Sequence record: SRR22947727_5200
Direction: 5' to 3' (one strand)
DNA length: 64,000 nt
This document shows, piece after piece, positions 11,617-22,326 of the stretch (positions within the stretch are counted from its first letter, which is position 1; every line of letters begins with the position of its first letter). A program made the translations under genes and the position numbers. The notes under the pieces are model-generated. The model did not search any database and was not told the origin of the DNA. It worked only from the letters and a program-made list of their open reading frames with translations.

Positions 11617-14600
11617 TCTGTGACACTTTCACACGAATCTTAGAGTTCTCCCCCACGGCTAAAGCACCCTCGGTGTCTGCCAACTCGGTCAGCTCAATGC
11701 CCAAAGATAAGGTCTCCGAGGCAATGAGCTCCTGGTGGGTGCGAACGGCATCTCCTGCCACCTCATCGACTTCGAGAACTGTCTGGATCCGATCAGAAAC
11801 CTCCAAACCGGCGTTCTTTCGCTCCTGTTGGATAGCCCGGATGACGTCGCGGGCAAGCCCTTCGGCGGCAAGCTCCGGTGTCACCGTGGTGTCCAAAAGG
11901 ACAAAGCCACCACTGCCGAGGAACTGAACTGCGGTGTCCTCGCCCTCGGAGGTGAATTCGAGAACGTATTCGCCCTCCTCCAGAGCAAGACCGGCGACAG
12001 TGACGACACCGCCCTCGAGCGACCAGTCGCCAGCTTTCGCTGCCTGGATGATGCTCTGCACCTGGGACCCGACGCGAGGACCAAGGACCCTCGATTGCGG
12101 GAGGAGCTTCTTGCCAATCCCCAGCTCCGTAGCAACCTGATCATCGAGCTCTCTCGTGGTCACCTCTTTCACATTGAGCTCATCCGCCAGGATGTCGAGG
12201 AATCCCTCGACCCCGGTCCCACCTTCTGTCACGATCGTCAGGGTGTTCAGGGGCAAGCGCACCCGAAGACTATGGGCTTTTCGCAGAGCCAAACCGGCTG
12301 AGGCAACATCACGGACCGTGTCCATCGCGGACACCAAATCGTCATCACCGGGGAATTCTGACTCTTCAGGCCAATCGGTCAGGTGGACACTCTCCCCACC
12401 GGTGAGTCCGCGCCACACCTCCTCGGTGACCAGAGGCGCCAAAGGAGCGGCGAGCCGGGAGATTGTTTCCAACACCGTGTAGAGGGTGTCCAAAGCATCC
12501 TTGTCAGTGCCATCCCAGAACCTCTCCCGTGAACGGCGGACGTACCAATTGGTGAGAACATCCGCAAAGTCTCGGAGAGCGGCGGCAGCCATCGGAGAAT
12601 CCAACGCCTCGAACTCCTGGGTGGTCACCTGAATCAGGTTTTTTGTCTTTGCCAGGATGTAGCGATCGAGCACGTGTGTGGAATCCGTGCGCCATACCGG
12701 AGTGTGGTCGCCGACATACAAACTGAGGAAGTAATACGTGCTCCAGTAGGGCAACATGAATTGGCGCACCGCTTCTCGGATGCCCTCCTCGGTGACGACC
12801 AGGTTTCCTCCCCGGATGACCGAGCTTGACATCAAGAACCAGCGCATGGCGTCGGCGCCATCACGCTCAAACACTTCGGACACATCGGGGTAGTTCCGAA
12901 GACTTTTCGACATCTTCTGACCGTCAGAGCCCAACACGATGCCGTGCGAGATGACCTGTTTGAACGCGGGGCGATCAAACAGGGCTGTCGCCAAAATATG
13001 CATCGTGTAGAACCAACCGCGGGTTTGTCCGATGTACTCCACGATGAAGTCCGAAGGATTGTGGGAATCAAACCAGTCGTGGTTCTCAAACGGGTAGTGC
13101 ACTTGGGCAAAGGGCATGGACCCGGAATCAAACCAGACATCCAAGACATCGGGGATCCGGCGCATCATCGACGCGCCACTCGGGTCATCAGGGTTGGGTC
13201 GCACCAACTCGTCAATCGCAGGCCGGTGCAGATCTTCAGGCTTCACCCCGAAATCACGCTCGAGTTCCTCGAGTGATCCATACACATCAATACGGGGGAA
13301 GTCCGGGTTATCGCTCTTCCAGACCGGAATCGGGGAACCCCAGTATCTGTTGCGGGAGATTGACCAGTCCCTCGCGTTGGAGAGCCATTTACCAAACTGG
13401 CCATCTTTGACGTTGGCAGGAACCCAGGTGATCTCTTCGTTCAACTCGAGCATGCGGTCACGAATCTCGGTGACCCGAACGAACCAACTGGACACTGCCT
13501 TATAAATCAGCGGGGTGCGACAGCGCCAGCAGTGCGGGTAGGAGTGGTCATAGGAGCGCTCAGCAAACAGTCGCCCACTCGAGCGGAGGAGACCCGTCAA
13601 CGTTTTGTTGGCGTCAAATACTTGCAGGCCCGCCACATCGGTAACTTGCTCCAGGAACCGCCCCGCGTCATCGACAGAGATCACGACCGGGATTCCCGCT
13701 TCGGCGCAGGTGACCTGGTCATCCTCACCATAGGCAGGTGCCTGGTGGACGATGCCGGTGCCCTCCCCTGTGGCGACATACTCTGCGACCAGAATCTGCC
13801 ACGCGTTCTCGAGACCCCAGGCTTCCCGGTCCGCGTAATAGTCAAAGACTCGTTCGTAGTGGATTCCCCCGAGCTCAGCGCCTGGGATGCGTCTCGTGAT
13901 GGCAGCCGTAGCGTCTGCGACCTCGGCATAGCCGAGCTCCTTGCGATAGTTGACGATTGTGTCCTCCGCGAGGAGGTAGGTGGCGCCAGGGTGGATGGCG
14001 TCTGGCCCGGCAGGGACCAGGGCATAGGTGATTTCTGGCCCGACCGCGAGAGCAGCATTCGTCGGAAGTGTCCACGGGGTGGTCGTCCAGGCCAGAGCCA
14101 GTACTCCCTCCAGCTCGGCAGCCTGAGCCTTCTCACCGCGAAGCGGGAACGTCACTGTTACAGACTGGTCTTGACGTGGTTTGTAGACGTCATCATCCAT
14201 CCGCAACTCGTGGTTACTCAGCGGGGTTTGATCCCTCCAGCAATAGGGCAAAACCCGGTAGCCCTCATAGGCAAGACCCTTGTCGTGAAGCTGCTTGAAG
14301 GCCCATATGACGCTCTCCATAAAAGTGATGTCGAGAGTCTTGTAATCGTTCTCGAAGTCAACCCATCGAGCTTGACGGGTCACATACTCCTGCCACTCCT
14401 TCGTGTAGCGCAGGACGGAGTCTTTCGCGGCCTGGTTGAAGGCTGCGATTCCCATCTCCTCGATTTGGCTCTTGTCGGTGATGCCCAGCTGACGCTCCGC
14501 TTCGAGCTCGGCTGGCAACCCGTGAGTGTCCCAGCCAAAACGTCGGTGAACCTGCTTGCCCCGCATGGTGTGGAAGCGAGGGAAAACGTCTTTGGCGTAC

Positions 14601-14806
14601 CCGGTGAGGAGGTGACCATAGTGGGGCAACCCGTTGGCAAAGGGTGGTCCGTCATAGAAGACCCACTCGTCGCATCCCTCGCGTTGATCGATGGACTTCT
14701 GAAAGGTGTTTCCTGCTTTCCAGTCTGCAAGAACCCGGTGCTCAATCTCAGGAAAGGAAGGACTGGGCTCCACAGAGGAACCAGGGAGGTGACGGGGGAA
14801 AGCCAT
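11609..14806 (-). CDS. ileS: Isoleucine--tRNA ligase, type 2 (IleRS2)
   Basis: [39 protein letters not shown] and KMSKS; long C-terminus without the IleRS1 zinc finger. Confidence 0.98.
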   Translation of the reverse strand: MAFPRHLPGSSVEPSPSFPEIEHRVLADWKAGNTFQKSIDQREGCDEWVFYDGPPFANGLPHYGHLLTGYAKDVFPRFHTMRGKQVHRRFGWDTHGLPAELEAERQLGITDKSQIEEMGIAAFNQAAKDSVLRYTKEWQEYVTRQARWVDFENDYKTLDITFMESVIWAFKQLHDKGLAYEGYRVLPYCWRDQTPLSNHELRMDDDVYKPRQDQSVTVTFPLRGEKAQAAELEGVLALAWTTTPWTLPTNAALAVGPEITYALVPAGPDAIHPGATYLLAEDTIVNYRKELGYAEVADATAAITRRIPGAELGGIHYERVFDYYADREAWGLENAWQILVAEYVATGEGTGIVHQAPAYGEDDQVTCAEAGIPVVISVDDAGRFLEQVTDVAGLQVFDANKTLTGLLRSSGRLFAERSYDHSYPHCWRCRTPLIYKAVSSWFVRVTEIRDRMLELNEEITWVPANVKDGQFGKWLSNARDWSISRNRYWGSPIPVWKSDNPDFPRIDVYGSLEELERDFGVKPEDLHRPAIDELVRPNPDDPSGASMMRRIPDVLDVWFDSGSMPFAQVHYPFENHDWFDSHNPSDFIVEYIGQTRGWFYTMHILATALFDRPAFKQVISHGIVLGSDGQKMSKSLRNYPDVSEVFERDGADAMRWFLMSSSVIRGGNLVVTEEGIREAVRQFMLPYWSTYYFLSLYVGDHTPVWRTDSTHVLDRYILAKTKNLIQVTTQEFEALDSPMAAAALRDFADVLTNWYVRRSRERFWDGTDKDALDTLYTVLETISRLAAPLAPLVTEEVWRGLTGGESVHLTDWPEESEFPGDDDLVSAMDTVRDVASAGLALRKAHSLRVRLPLNTLTIVTEGGTGVEGFLDILADELNVKEVTTRELDDQVATELGIGKKLLPQSRVLGPRVGSQVQSIIQAAKAGDWSLEGGVVTVAGLALEEGEYVLEFTSEGEDTAVQFLGSGGFVLLDTTVTPELAAEGLARDVIRAIQQERKNAGLEVSDRIQTVLEVDEVAGDAVRTHQELIASETLSLGIELTELADTEGALAVGENSKIRVKVSQSV

Positions 14807-14837
14807 GGGGTTATCTCTCTGACACGGGTGGGTTAGG

Positions 14838-14995
14838 GCTGCGAGGACGCATGATGTCTCACGCGCGGTACCACCTCGCTTGCTTAGACATTCTCTAAGC
14901 CACTCACTGTCAGGCGATGACGGGCCAACCCGACCGGTTCTACTGGGAATCAGTGATTCTGTTCTTCCGGCAGCTCACCGGTGATGGCCGGATCA
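14838..14995 (-). ncRNA. Actinobacterial ileS T-box riboswitch (short stem I, translational class)
   Basis: Minus strand: GATCCGGCC-ATC-ACCGG (Ile specifier AUC); stem II GGAAGAAC...AGTAGAACCGG; IIA/B CGGGTTGGCCCGTCA; T-box AAGCGAGGTGGTACCGCG pairing with GCGTCCTCGC; no U-tract terminator. Confidence 0.92.
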
Positions 14996-15012
14996 GTGCT
15001 GTTGTGAACAGT

Positions 15013-15573
15013 CTAGAACAGGGTTGCCACGCTGCGGGAGTCGAGCGCCTCGCGAATTCGGCCAAGCCCCTCCTCGAGAGCGTCGCCGAGCTCAACCCGG
15101 GGTGCCTGATGAGTAGCCCAGTGTTGGAGAGCACCCACCAGGGCGCCCAGCACAATCCACACATCGGATGCTTCAACCCTCGAGCCCGCCAGGATTCGGC
15201 GCAGTCGCTCGAGGCGGATTCCGGCACTGGCGGCAAGGTCTGCTCCTAGTCCCATCGCCTCACTCTGCGTCACGACCAGCGGAATCCGGTCTCGAGGATG
15301 CTCTACCGCAACCGCTCGCAGCGCATCGCCGAGGTGGCCAGAGTGCTGAAGATAGTGCTCAAGACCGGCAAGGGCGCGATCAACATCGACCCACAAGACA
15401 TCGGATTTGCTGGAGAAATAGTTGAAGAACGTCGCCCGGGATATTCCTGCGCGCCGAGCAATGTCATCGACACTTGTTCCCTCATACCCCTGTTCGAGGA
15501 AGAGCTCGTGGGCAGCATCGTCCAGCGCGGCGAGGGATGACGTTTTGGGTCGACCGCGATCTCTGGCTGACAT
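15013..15573 (-). CDS. TetR-family transcriptional regulator
   Basis: N-terminal HTH: TSVDDIARRAGISRATFFNYFSSKSDVL. Confidence 0.93.
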   Translation of the reverse strand: MSARDRGRPKTSSLAALDDAAHELFLEQGYEGTSVDDIARRAGISRATFFNYFSSKSDVLWVDVDRALAGLEHYLQHSGHLGDALRAVAVEHPRDRIPLVVTQSEAMGLGADLAASAGIRLERLRRILAGSRVEASDVWIVLGALVGALQHWATHQAPRVELGDALEEGLGRIREALDSRSVATLF

Positions 15574-15603
15574 CTCGTCCCCTATAGTTGAAGTAGTGCG
15601 CAC

Positions 15604-15624
15604 TTTTTGTACTCAGTCCAATAA
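15604..15624. promoter_or_regulatory. Candidate TetR operator (imperfect palindrome)
   Basis: TTTTTGTACTCAGTCCAATAA: 8 of 10 positions are symmetric around C15614; lies between divergent tetR and MFS genes. Confidence 0.6.
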
Positions 15625-15658
15625 ATAACAACTCTAGCGGAGCTCCAGGAGGAACCCC

Positions 15659-16963
15659 ATGATTCAGACCGATCCGGTAATGGCCAGAAAAGCCAGATGG
15701 GCGTCCCTCGTCGGGACGTCGCTGGAGTCTTATGACTTCTACATTTACGCCTACTTCGCAGCATTTTTCGTCGGGCCGCTGTTCTTTGACCCGCTCGGCG
15801 GCTTCGGGGGAACCCTCGCAGCTTTCCTCTCGATCGCCTTAGCGTTCATCATCCGACCCGTCGGTGCGATTCTGTTTGGCCACATCGGTGACCGCATCGG
15901 GCGCCGCAAGACTCTGATCGCCACCGTGACCCTGATGGGTGTTGCCACCGGACTTATCGGAGTTCTTCCCACCTACGACCAAGCAGGCTGGTTTGGCGCT
16001 GCGATCCTCGTCGTCCTGAGACTTCTCCAGGGAATCTCCATGGGTGGCGAGTGGGGTGGGGCAATTCTTGTCGCCACCGAGCACGAATCTGGCGCGAAGC
16101 GGGCCTTTGCCGCAGCGATGCCCCAGTTGGGCTCGCCCATCGGGTCTATCCTCTCGGCCACCGCTTTCATCTGGCTGACCCTCGCACTGACCAACGACGA
16201 GATTGTGGAGTGGGCGTGGAGATTGCCGTTCTTGAGCGCCATCCCCCTGTTGCTGGTCTCTCTCTATTTGCGCCTGGCCATCACCGAGACCCCGGTATTT
16301 GAAGACGTCGTCAAGCGTGAGCGTCGCCCGCGAGTTCCCTTCTTCACCCTGCTGAAGGAGCAGCCCGTGGCGATTTTCATCGCCGTCGCGGTCGCACTTC
16401 TCGGAATTGGGTCCTACTCCCTGATGAACACCTACACGATTAACTACGGTGTGGTGCAGTTGGGCTTCCAGTACTACGAACTCCTCATTGCCACCACCCT
16501 CGGTGGCCTCCTGCAGCTGATCACGATTCCGCTGTTTGGGGCATGGGCGGTGCGCATCGGATCCGCCAGCGTCGTCGCATGGGGAGCTCTGGGGACCCTG
16601 CTCGTCGCCTTCCCGATCTACTACTTCCTCCAATTCGCCAACTTCGGCGTGCTGGTCGCGATGATGTTGATCGGTGGAACCCTTCCCACCATGAGCTGGG
16701 CGGCACTTGGAGGGGTTTATAGCGACCTCTTCGACGAGCGCTACCGCTATTCGGCACTCGGATTCTCCTACTCGATTGCAGCGGTCGTCTCAGGCTTTGT
16801 GCCCGCGGTGACCCTCACCATCGGGCAGGCAACCGGCAATGTCTGGTGGCACCCCGCCATCGTTCTCGCAGGGCTCTCCCTCATCACCTTGCTCGCAACC
16901 CTGCAGGCAGGACGCATGGCTCGCAGCAACCAGGAACCCGCCTACGCAAGGACGGGGAACTAA
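15659..16963 (+). CDS. MFS transporter, metabolite:H+ symporter (MHS) family
   Basis: ESYDFYIY, RPVGAILFGHIGDRIGRR and LQGISMGGEWGGA; AGGAGG RBS. Confidence 0.92.
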   Translation: MIQTDPVMARKARWASLVGTSLESYDFYIYAYFAAFFVGPLFFDPLGGFGGTLAAFLSIALAFIIRPVGAILFGHIGDRIGRRKTLIATVTLMGVATGLIGVLPTYDQAGWFGAAILVVLRLLQGISMGGEWGGAILVATEHESGAKRAFAAAMPQLGSPIGSILSATAFIWLTLALTNDEIVEWAWRLPFLSAIPLLLVSLYLRLAITETPVFEDVVKRERRPRVPFFTLLKEQPVAIFIAVAVALLGIGSYSLMNTYTINYGVVQLGFQYYELLIATTLGGLLQLITIPLFGAWAVRIGSASVVAWGALGTLLVAFPIYYFLQFANFGVLVAMMLIGGTLPTMSWAALGGVYSDLFDERYRYSALGFSYSIAAVVSGFVPAVTLTIGQATGNVWWHPAIVLAGLSLITLLATLQAGRMARSNQEPAYARTGN

Positions 16964-16975
16964 GCACTGACACAG

Positions 16976-17020
16976 AGGTGGTCTGGGTTTCTCCTCGAAA
17001 CCCAGACCACCTTTTGTTTT
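16976..17020 (+). terminator. Intrinsic terminator of the MFS gene
   Basis: GGTGGTCTGGGTTTC-TCCTC-GAAACCCAGACCACC followed by TTTTGTTTT. Confidence 0.9.
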
Positions 17021-17085
17021 GTAGCATGGGAGCACCCAACAAGGCACAGTGGACGCGGTGCCGCCTATAGCGAAGAAGGTTGCCC

Positions 17086-19662
17086 ATGAGCGGATCGATT
17101 CCTGACAAACCGGCTCTCGAGGGACTCGAAGAAGTCTGGGGCACTCGCTGGGACGCTGAGGGCACGTATCGCTTCAACCGCGAATCGGCTCTCGCGCGAG
17201 GAAAAGACCACCTTTTTGCCGTGGACACCCCTCCCCCAACGGCGTCGGGAAGTCTCCACATTGGTCACGTCTTTAGCTACACCCACATGGATCTGCAAGC
17301 GCGCTACCAGCGCATGCGGGGCAAAGACATCTTCTACCCCATGGGATGGGACGACAACGGTCTCCCCACCGAACGCCGGGTTCAGAACTACTACGGCGTT
17401 CGATGCGATCCCTCACTTCCCTACGAGACCGGCTTCGTTCCGCCGCTGGAAGCTGGCGCCACCACAGATGGTTCCAAGCCCGGTGATCAGATCCCGATTA
17501 GTCGACGCAACTTCATCGAGCTCTGCGAAAAGCTCACGGTCGAGGACGAGAAACAGTTTGAAGATCTGTGGCGGACGCTCGGGTTGAGTGTTGACTGGTC
17601 GCTGACCTACCGCACGATTGATGACAACTCTCAATCGGTCGCCCAGAGCGCCTTCCTGAAGAACTTGGAGAGGGGCGAGGCCTATCGCGCGGATGCTCCC
17701 ACCCTGTGGGACATCACTTTTCGTACCGCAGTAGCCCAAGCAGAGCTGGAAGACCGCGAACAGCCCTCCGCCTATCACAAGGTGACTTTCCACGGCGTGG
17801 GGGGTGACGATGTCACCATCGTCACCACGCGTCCTGAACTCATTCCCGCTTGTGTGGCATTGGTAGCTCACCCCGATGATGAGCGCTACCAGCCTCTCTT
17901 CGGGACCACGGTCACATCTCCCCTGTTTGGTGTTGAGGTTCCGATCGTCGCTCACCACCTGGCCCAACAGGACAAGGGCACCGGTATCGCGATGGTCTGT
18001 ACGTTCGGTGACGTCACCGACGTTATTTGGTGGCGGGAGCTCTACCTGGACACCCGCCCCATTCTCGGCAAAGACGGACGCATCATCGCCGAGACACCCT
18101 CATGGATTAGCACTCCAGCAGGGTCGGAGACCTATGCACAGCTGGCGGGAAAGACCGTGTTTAGCGCCAAGGCAGCGATGGTCGAGATGCTCCGCGAATC
18201 GGGTGAGCTCCAGGGGGATCCCGACCCGATGGTGCACCCCGTGAAGTTCTTCGAAAAAGGCGACAAGCCTCTCGAGATTGTGACCACTCGCCAGTGGTAC
18301 ATCCAAAATGGCGCGCGCGATGAGGACCTGAAGCAGCGTTTGCTCCAGCGCGGAACAGAGGTCGCTTTCCACCCTGACTTCATGAGGGTTCGCTACGAGA
18401 ACTGGGTTAATGGCCTCTCGGGTGACTGGCTGATCTCGCGCCAACGATTCTTCGGAGTCCCGATTCCCGTGTGGTATCCCCTGGATGATCAGGGCAACCC
18501 GGTGGAGGGCGAGGTCATCACGCCATCACCCGATCAGCTCCCCGTCGACCCCTCCAGTGATACCCCTCCCGGCTTCAGTGAAGACCAGCGCGGAGTCGCT
18601 GGTGGATTTATTGGCGAGCTCGACATTATGGACACCTGGGCAACCTCCAGCTTGACCCCTCAACTCGCCGGAGGTTGGGGCCGAGACGAGGAATTGTTCT
18701 CCCTGGTCTTCCCCTATGACCTCCGCTCACAAGGGCAGGACATTATTCGTACCTGGTTGTTCTCCACCATGCTCCGCGCCGAGCTGGAACACGGCAGCAT
18801 CCCGTGGAAAAACGCCGGCATTTCGGGCTTTATCGTGGACCCTGACCGCAAGAAGATGTCGAAATCCAAAGGCAACGTTGTCACCCCACAATCAATGCTG
18901 GATGAGCACGGTTCCGACGCCGTGCGCTACTGGGCAGCTTCCTCCCGGCTCGGAACCGATGCCGCTTTTGACCCCCAAAACCCGAAGCAGATCAAAATCG
19001 GTCGCAGGTTGGCGATCAAGGTTCTCAACGCCGCCAAGTTTGTCTACAGCTTCGAGGGGGCGACCGGTGAGGTCACCCACCCCCTAGATCTCGACATGGT
19101 GAGTGAGCTTGGTCGAGTTATCACCGAGGCCACCACGGCTTATGACAACTTCGATCACGCGCGAGCGTTGGAGGTCGCCGAGTCGTTCTTCTGGACCTTC
19201 ACCGATGACTACCTCGAGCTGGTCAAGGACCGCGCCTACACGGGAGAGCCAGCGGATCGGGGCAGCGCTGTGACCGCACTGCAGCTCGCCATTGATGCTT
19301 TGGTTCGGCTTTTCGCTCCCGTGATTCCCTTCGCCACCGAAGAAGTGTGGTCGTGGACCCATGAGGGCAGTGTTCACCAGGCCCCCTGGCCCACCACCCA
19401 AGAGCTCCCCGACACTTCAGACGAGTCCCACCGAGGACTCCTCGCACTCGCCAGCGAAGCACTGATCACGATCAGACGCTCCAAGACTGACCAGCAGGTC
19501 GCCCAGAAGATGCCAATTCTTAGCGCAACGCTCAGCGCACCGGCCCTCCTGCGTCTGGCAGAAGGTGACGTGCGGGCGGTCGGGAAGATTCAGGCGGCAA
19601 CATGGGTCGACTCCGACACCGTCGGAATTAGAGACATCGAGTGGGGTTCCCTCGATGAGTGA
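17086..19662 (+). CDS. valS: Valine--tRNA ligase (short form, no C-terminal coiled coil)
   Basis: DTPPPTASGSLHIGH, TTRPE, DWLISRQRFFG, MDTWATSS and KMSKS. Confidence 0.96.
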   Translation: MSGSIPDKPALEGLEEVWGTRWDAEGTYRFNRESALARGKDHLFAVDTPPPTASGSLHIGHVFSYTHMDLQARYQRMRGKDIFYPMGWDDNGLPTERRVQNYYGVRCDPSLPYETGFVPPLEAGATTDGSKPGDQIPISRRNFIELCEKLTVEDEKQFEDLWRTLGLSVDWSLTYRTIDDNSQSVAQSAFLKNLERGEAYRADAPTLWDITFRTAVAQAELEDREQPSAYHKVTFHGVGGDDVTIVTTRPELIPACVALVAHPDDERYQPLFGTTVTSPLFGVEVPIVAHHLAQQDKGTGIAMVCTFGDVTDVIWWRELYLDTRPILGKDGRIIAETPSWISTPAGSETYAQLAGKTVFSAKAAMVEMLRESGELQGDPDPMVHPVKFFEKGDKPLEIVTTRQWYIQNGARDEDLKQRLLQRGTEVAFHPDFMRVRYENWVNGLSGDWLISRQRFFGVPIPVWYPLDDQGNPVEGEVITPSPDQLPVDPSSDTPPGFSEDQRGVAGGFIGELDIMDTWATSSLTPQLAGGWGRDEELFSLVFPYDLRSQGQDIIRTWLFSTMLRAELEHGSIPWKNAGISGFIVDPDRKKMSKSKGNVVTPQSMLDEHGSDAVRYWAASSRLGTDAAFDPQNPKQIKIGRRLAIKVLNAAKFVYSFEGATGEVTHPLDLDMVSELGRVITEATTAYDNFDHARALEVAESFFWTFTDDYLELVKDRAYTGEPADRGSAVTALQLAIDALVRLFAPVIPFATEEVWSWTHEGSVHQAPWPTTQELPDTSDESHRGLLALASEALITIRRSKTDQQVAQKMPILSATLSAPALLRLAEGDVRAVGKIQAATWVDSDTVGIRDIEWGSLDE

Positions 19663-20116
19663 CATGCCAACGCCCGTGGTCAGGCCCGTGACACCGGAAG
19701 ATCGCGAGCGCTGGCAAGAGCTCTTCCTCGCCTACGGGGTCTTCTATGAAGAGAATTTCCCCGCTGAGGTCGTGGAGGGAGTTTGGGCATGGCTGATGGA
19801 GGAGAGCCATCCCCTGCGCTGTTTTGTTGCGGAAGTGGACGGGCAGGTCCAAGGATTTGCCCACCTGCGCTCCCAGCACGACACCTTCACCGCCGGTGCT
19901 GGATGGTTCCTGGATGACCTCTTCACTGATCCTGACGCGCGAGGTGGCGGGGTGGCTACTGCGCTGATTTCAGCGCTGGATGACTATGCCAGCGCCCATG
20001 GAGGCGGAACCCTGCGCTGGATCACCGCCTCAAACAACGATCGCGCCAGGCGCCTCTATGACACTCTGGCAACCGCCACAACATGGGTCACCTACGAGAG
20101 AGAAGTAGGTCAGTAA
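19655..20116 (+). CDS. GNAT-family N-acetyltransferase
   Basis: Acetyl-CoA motif A LDDLFTDPDARGGGVATAL and NNDRARRLYD; ATG overlaps the end of valS. Confidence 0.92.
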   Translation: MSDMPTPVVRPVTPEDRERWQELFLAYGVFYEENFPAEVVEGVWAWLMEESHPLRCFVAEVDGQVQGFAHLRSQHDTFTAGAGWFLDDLFTDPDARGGGVATALISALDDYASAHGGGTLRWITASNNDRARRLYDTLATATTWVTYEREVGQ

Positions 20117-20304
20117 TGCAACTGGGAAGCAGATTTTCCATAGGACAGACCCCTCGCTCCATCCCCAGCGATCTAGCCGAGCGAATTCAGCAGGTCGAGG
20201 ATGCCCTCACCGAGGACGAACGCGCAACCCTGCGATGGACGCTGACCTGGCTAGAGAACCGCCCAGTGGTGGAGCTCGATAACGGGGTCGTTCTTCGCGG
20301 TTAG
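20116..20304 (+). CDS. Small hypothetical protein (62 aa)
   Basis: TAATG stop-start overlap with the GNAT gene; globular-looking [18 protein letters not shown]. Confidence 0.7.
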   Translation: MQLGSRFSIGQTPRSIPSDLAERIQQVEDALTEDERATLRWTLTWLENRPVVELDNGVVLRG

Positions 20305-21575
20305 GCGGACTTTTCTCGCCTGGCAGCCGGCTTTTGCACCACCACAGGTGGGGCTTTACGCAGCACGGCATCGCGCGTGATGACCACACGCTCGATGGAA
20401 TCGTTCGAGGGAATATCGAACATGACGGGTCCGAGGACCTCTTCCAAGATGGCCCGGAGCCCTCGGGCGCCGGTTTGGCGCTCGGAGGCGAGATCGGCAA
20501 TCTCTTCGAGAGCTTCCTTCTCGAACTCGAGCTGGACGCCATCCAAGACAAACATGCGCTGATACTGCTTGACGAGAGCGTTCTTGGGGCCCGTCAGGAT
20601 GTCAATCAACGCTGACTGGTCCAGAGGCGCCACTGTGGTGACCACGGGGAGGCGACCGATGAACTCAGGAATCAAGCCGAACTTGTGGAGGTCTTCAGGG
20701 AGAACTTGGCTGAACAGGTTCTCCTGAGCGTTCTTGCTGTGCAGGGGGGCTCCGAACCCAATACCGTGGCGACCCACGCGCTGGGAGATGATCTCCTCCA
20801 AGCCCGCAAAAGCACCCGCCACGATGAAGAGAACGTTGGTGGTGTCGATCTGAATGAACTCCTGCTGGGGGTGCTTCCGTCCACCCTGGGGTGGGACAGC
20901 GGCAACGGTGCCTTCCAAAATCTTCAAAAGAGCCTGCTGGACACCCTCACCGGACACGTCACGAGTGATCGAGGGGTTCTCCGCCTTACGAGCAATCTTG
21001 TCGACCTCATCGATGTAGATGATGCCCATTTCGGCACGCTTGACGTCGTAATCGGCGGCCTGAATGAGCTTCAGCAAGATGTTTTCCACATCTTCACCGA
21101 CATACCCAGCCTCGGTGAGGGCGGTCGCATCAGCCACCGCGAAAGGAACATTGAGGCGCTTGGCCAACGTTTGAGCGAGGTAGGTTTTTCCGCACCCGGT
21201 CGGACCAATCAGAAGAATGTTGCTCTTCTGGATGTCGATATCGTCGGAAGAATCCACGGCGTGCGGTGATGACGCTGCGCGGACTCGCTTGTAGTGGTTG
21301 TAGACAGCCACCGACAGGGACTTTTTGGCGTCCTCTTGGCCGATGACATACTCCTCCAGGAAGTCATAGATTTCCTGGGGCTTAGGTAATTCAAAGTCAG
21401 CGCTGACGGTCTCACGACCCTCCGATTGGCGCTCGTCGATGATCTCGTTACAGAGCTCCACACACTCGTCACAGATGTAGACGCCGGGCCCAGCAATCAG
21501 CTGCTGAACCTGCTTCTGGCTCTTACCGCAGAACGAGCATTTGAGAAGCTCGCCTGATTCTCCGGTGCGTGCCAT
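20301..21575 (-). CDS. clpX: ATP-dependent Clp protease ATP-binding subunit ClpX
   Basis: C4 zinc finger CSFC...[26 protein letters not shown] and IGF loop. Confidence 0.98.
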   Translation of the reverse strand: MARTGESGELLKCSFCGKSQKQVQQLIAGPGVYICDECVELCNEIIDERQSEGRETVSADFELPKPQEIYDFLEEYVIGQEDAKKSLSVAVYNHYKRVRAASSPHAVDSSDDIDIQKSNILLIGPTGCGKTYLAQTLAKRLNVPFAVADATALTEAGYVGEDVENILLKLIQAADYDVKRAEMGIIYIDEVDKIARKAENPSITRDVSGEGVQQALLKILEGTVAAVPPQGGRKHPQQEFIQIDTTNVLFIVAGAFAGLEEIISQRVGRHGIGFGAPLHSKNAQENLFSQVLPEDLHKFGLIPEFIGRLPVVTTVAPLDQSALIDILTGPKNALVKQYQRMFVLDGVQLEFEKEALEEIADLASERQTGARGLRAILEEVLGPVMFDIPSNDSIERVVITRDAVLRKAPPVVVQKPAARREKSA

Positions 21576-21693
21576 GGGAAAACCTCCGCTAGAACATTGG
21601 TCAGCAACTTCTTGGAGCTTACCTTTTGAAGCTTTCACCCTGGCGGACATTCCACAGGCCAACCCGGTGTGGCGAGATTAGACTGTGGTTCTC

Positions 21694-22326
21694 ATGACCC
21701 TGACATCCAACGCTTTACGTCGCCTTCCTCTTATGGGTGCAGCTCTCCTCGGTGCGCTGCTTCTCGGTGCTTCCCCGGCCGTGGCTCACAATGTCGTCGA
21801 GGACCGCACCCCCGCACCTGGCTCCACCGTGACCGAGAGTCCAGTCGATATTTCCCTCACCACCAATGACATATTCCTCGACCTCGGTGGTGACGCCCGC
21901 GGGTTTGGAGTCGTGATCCGCGACAGCGCGGGTCTCTACTACGGCGATGGCTGCGTCTCCGTTATCGAGAGAACAATGAGCGCTAGCGCTGAACTCGGCG
22001 AGGCCGGCACCTATGAGATTACCTACCAGTTTGTCTCCGCTGATGGCCACAGCCTGTCGGAGAGCTACGAGTTTGGCTTCGCCCCGACCTCTTCGCACAC
22101 TCCCGCTCCGGGTTATGACGCTCCGGCGGAGTGCGGAGTACCTCGAGACACCCCCATTGCGGAAGCAGAGACAGTCGCCACCTCTACCCCGATTACTACA
22201 GAGGACAGCGTCACAGAGGAAGCCCCTAGAGACCCGATTTTGATCGTCGGGTTCTTGAGCATCGTCAGTATCGCAGTAGTCGTGTGGATTGTCTGGCGAG
22301 TCCGCCAGAAACGAAACGGCGACTAG
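21694..22326 (+). CDS. copC: CopC-family copper-binding protein with signal peptide and C-terminal membrane anchor
   Basis: Signal peptide ending AVA|H (mature His1), SADGH motif, C-terminal TM helix with a basic tail. Confidence 0.85.
   Translation: MTLTSNALRRLPLMGAALLGALLLGASPAVAHNVVEDRTPAPGSTVTESPVDISLTTNDIFLDLGGDARGFGVVIRDSAGLYYGDGCVSVIERTMSASAELGEAGTYEITYQFVSADGHSLSESYEFGFAPTSSHTPAPGYDAPAECGVPRDTPIAEAETVATSTPITTEDSVTEEAPRDPILIVGFLSIVSIAVVVWIVWRVRQKRNGD

Noticed and set aside
13532..14836. 434-aa ORF on the + strand, and similar shadows over proA, tig, ettA and atpD
   Set aside because: Antisense to well-supported housekeeping genes, with no independent coding evidence.
17021..17085. 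T-box upstream of valS
   Set aside because: The leader is only about 50 nt and has no GGTGG-ACC T-box sequence.
19655..20304. GNAT toxin-antitoxin pair next to valS
   Set aside because: No upstream RHH/DUF1778 antitoxin; the small ORF is downstream and not RHH-like.
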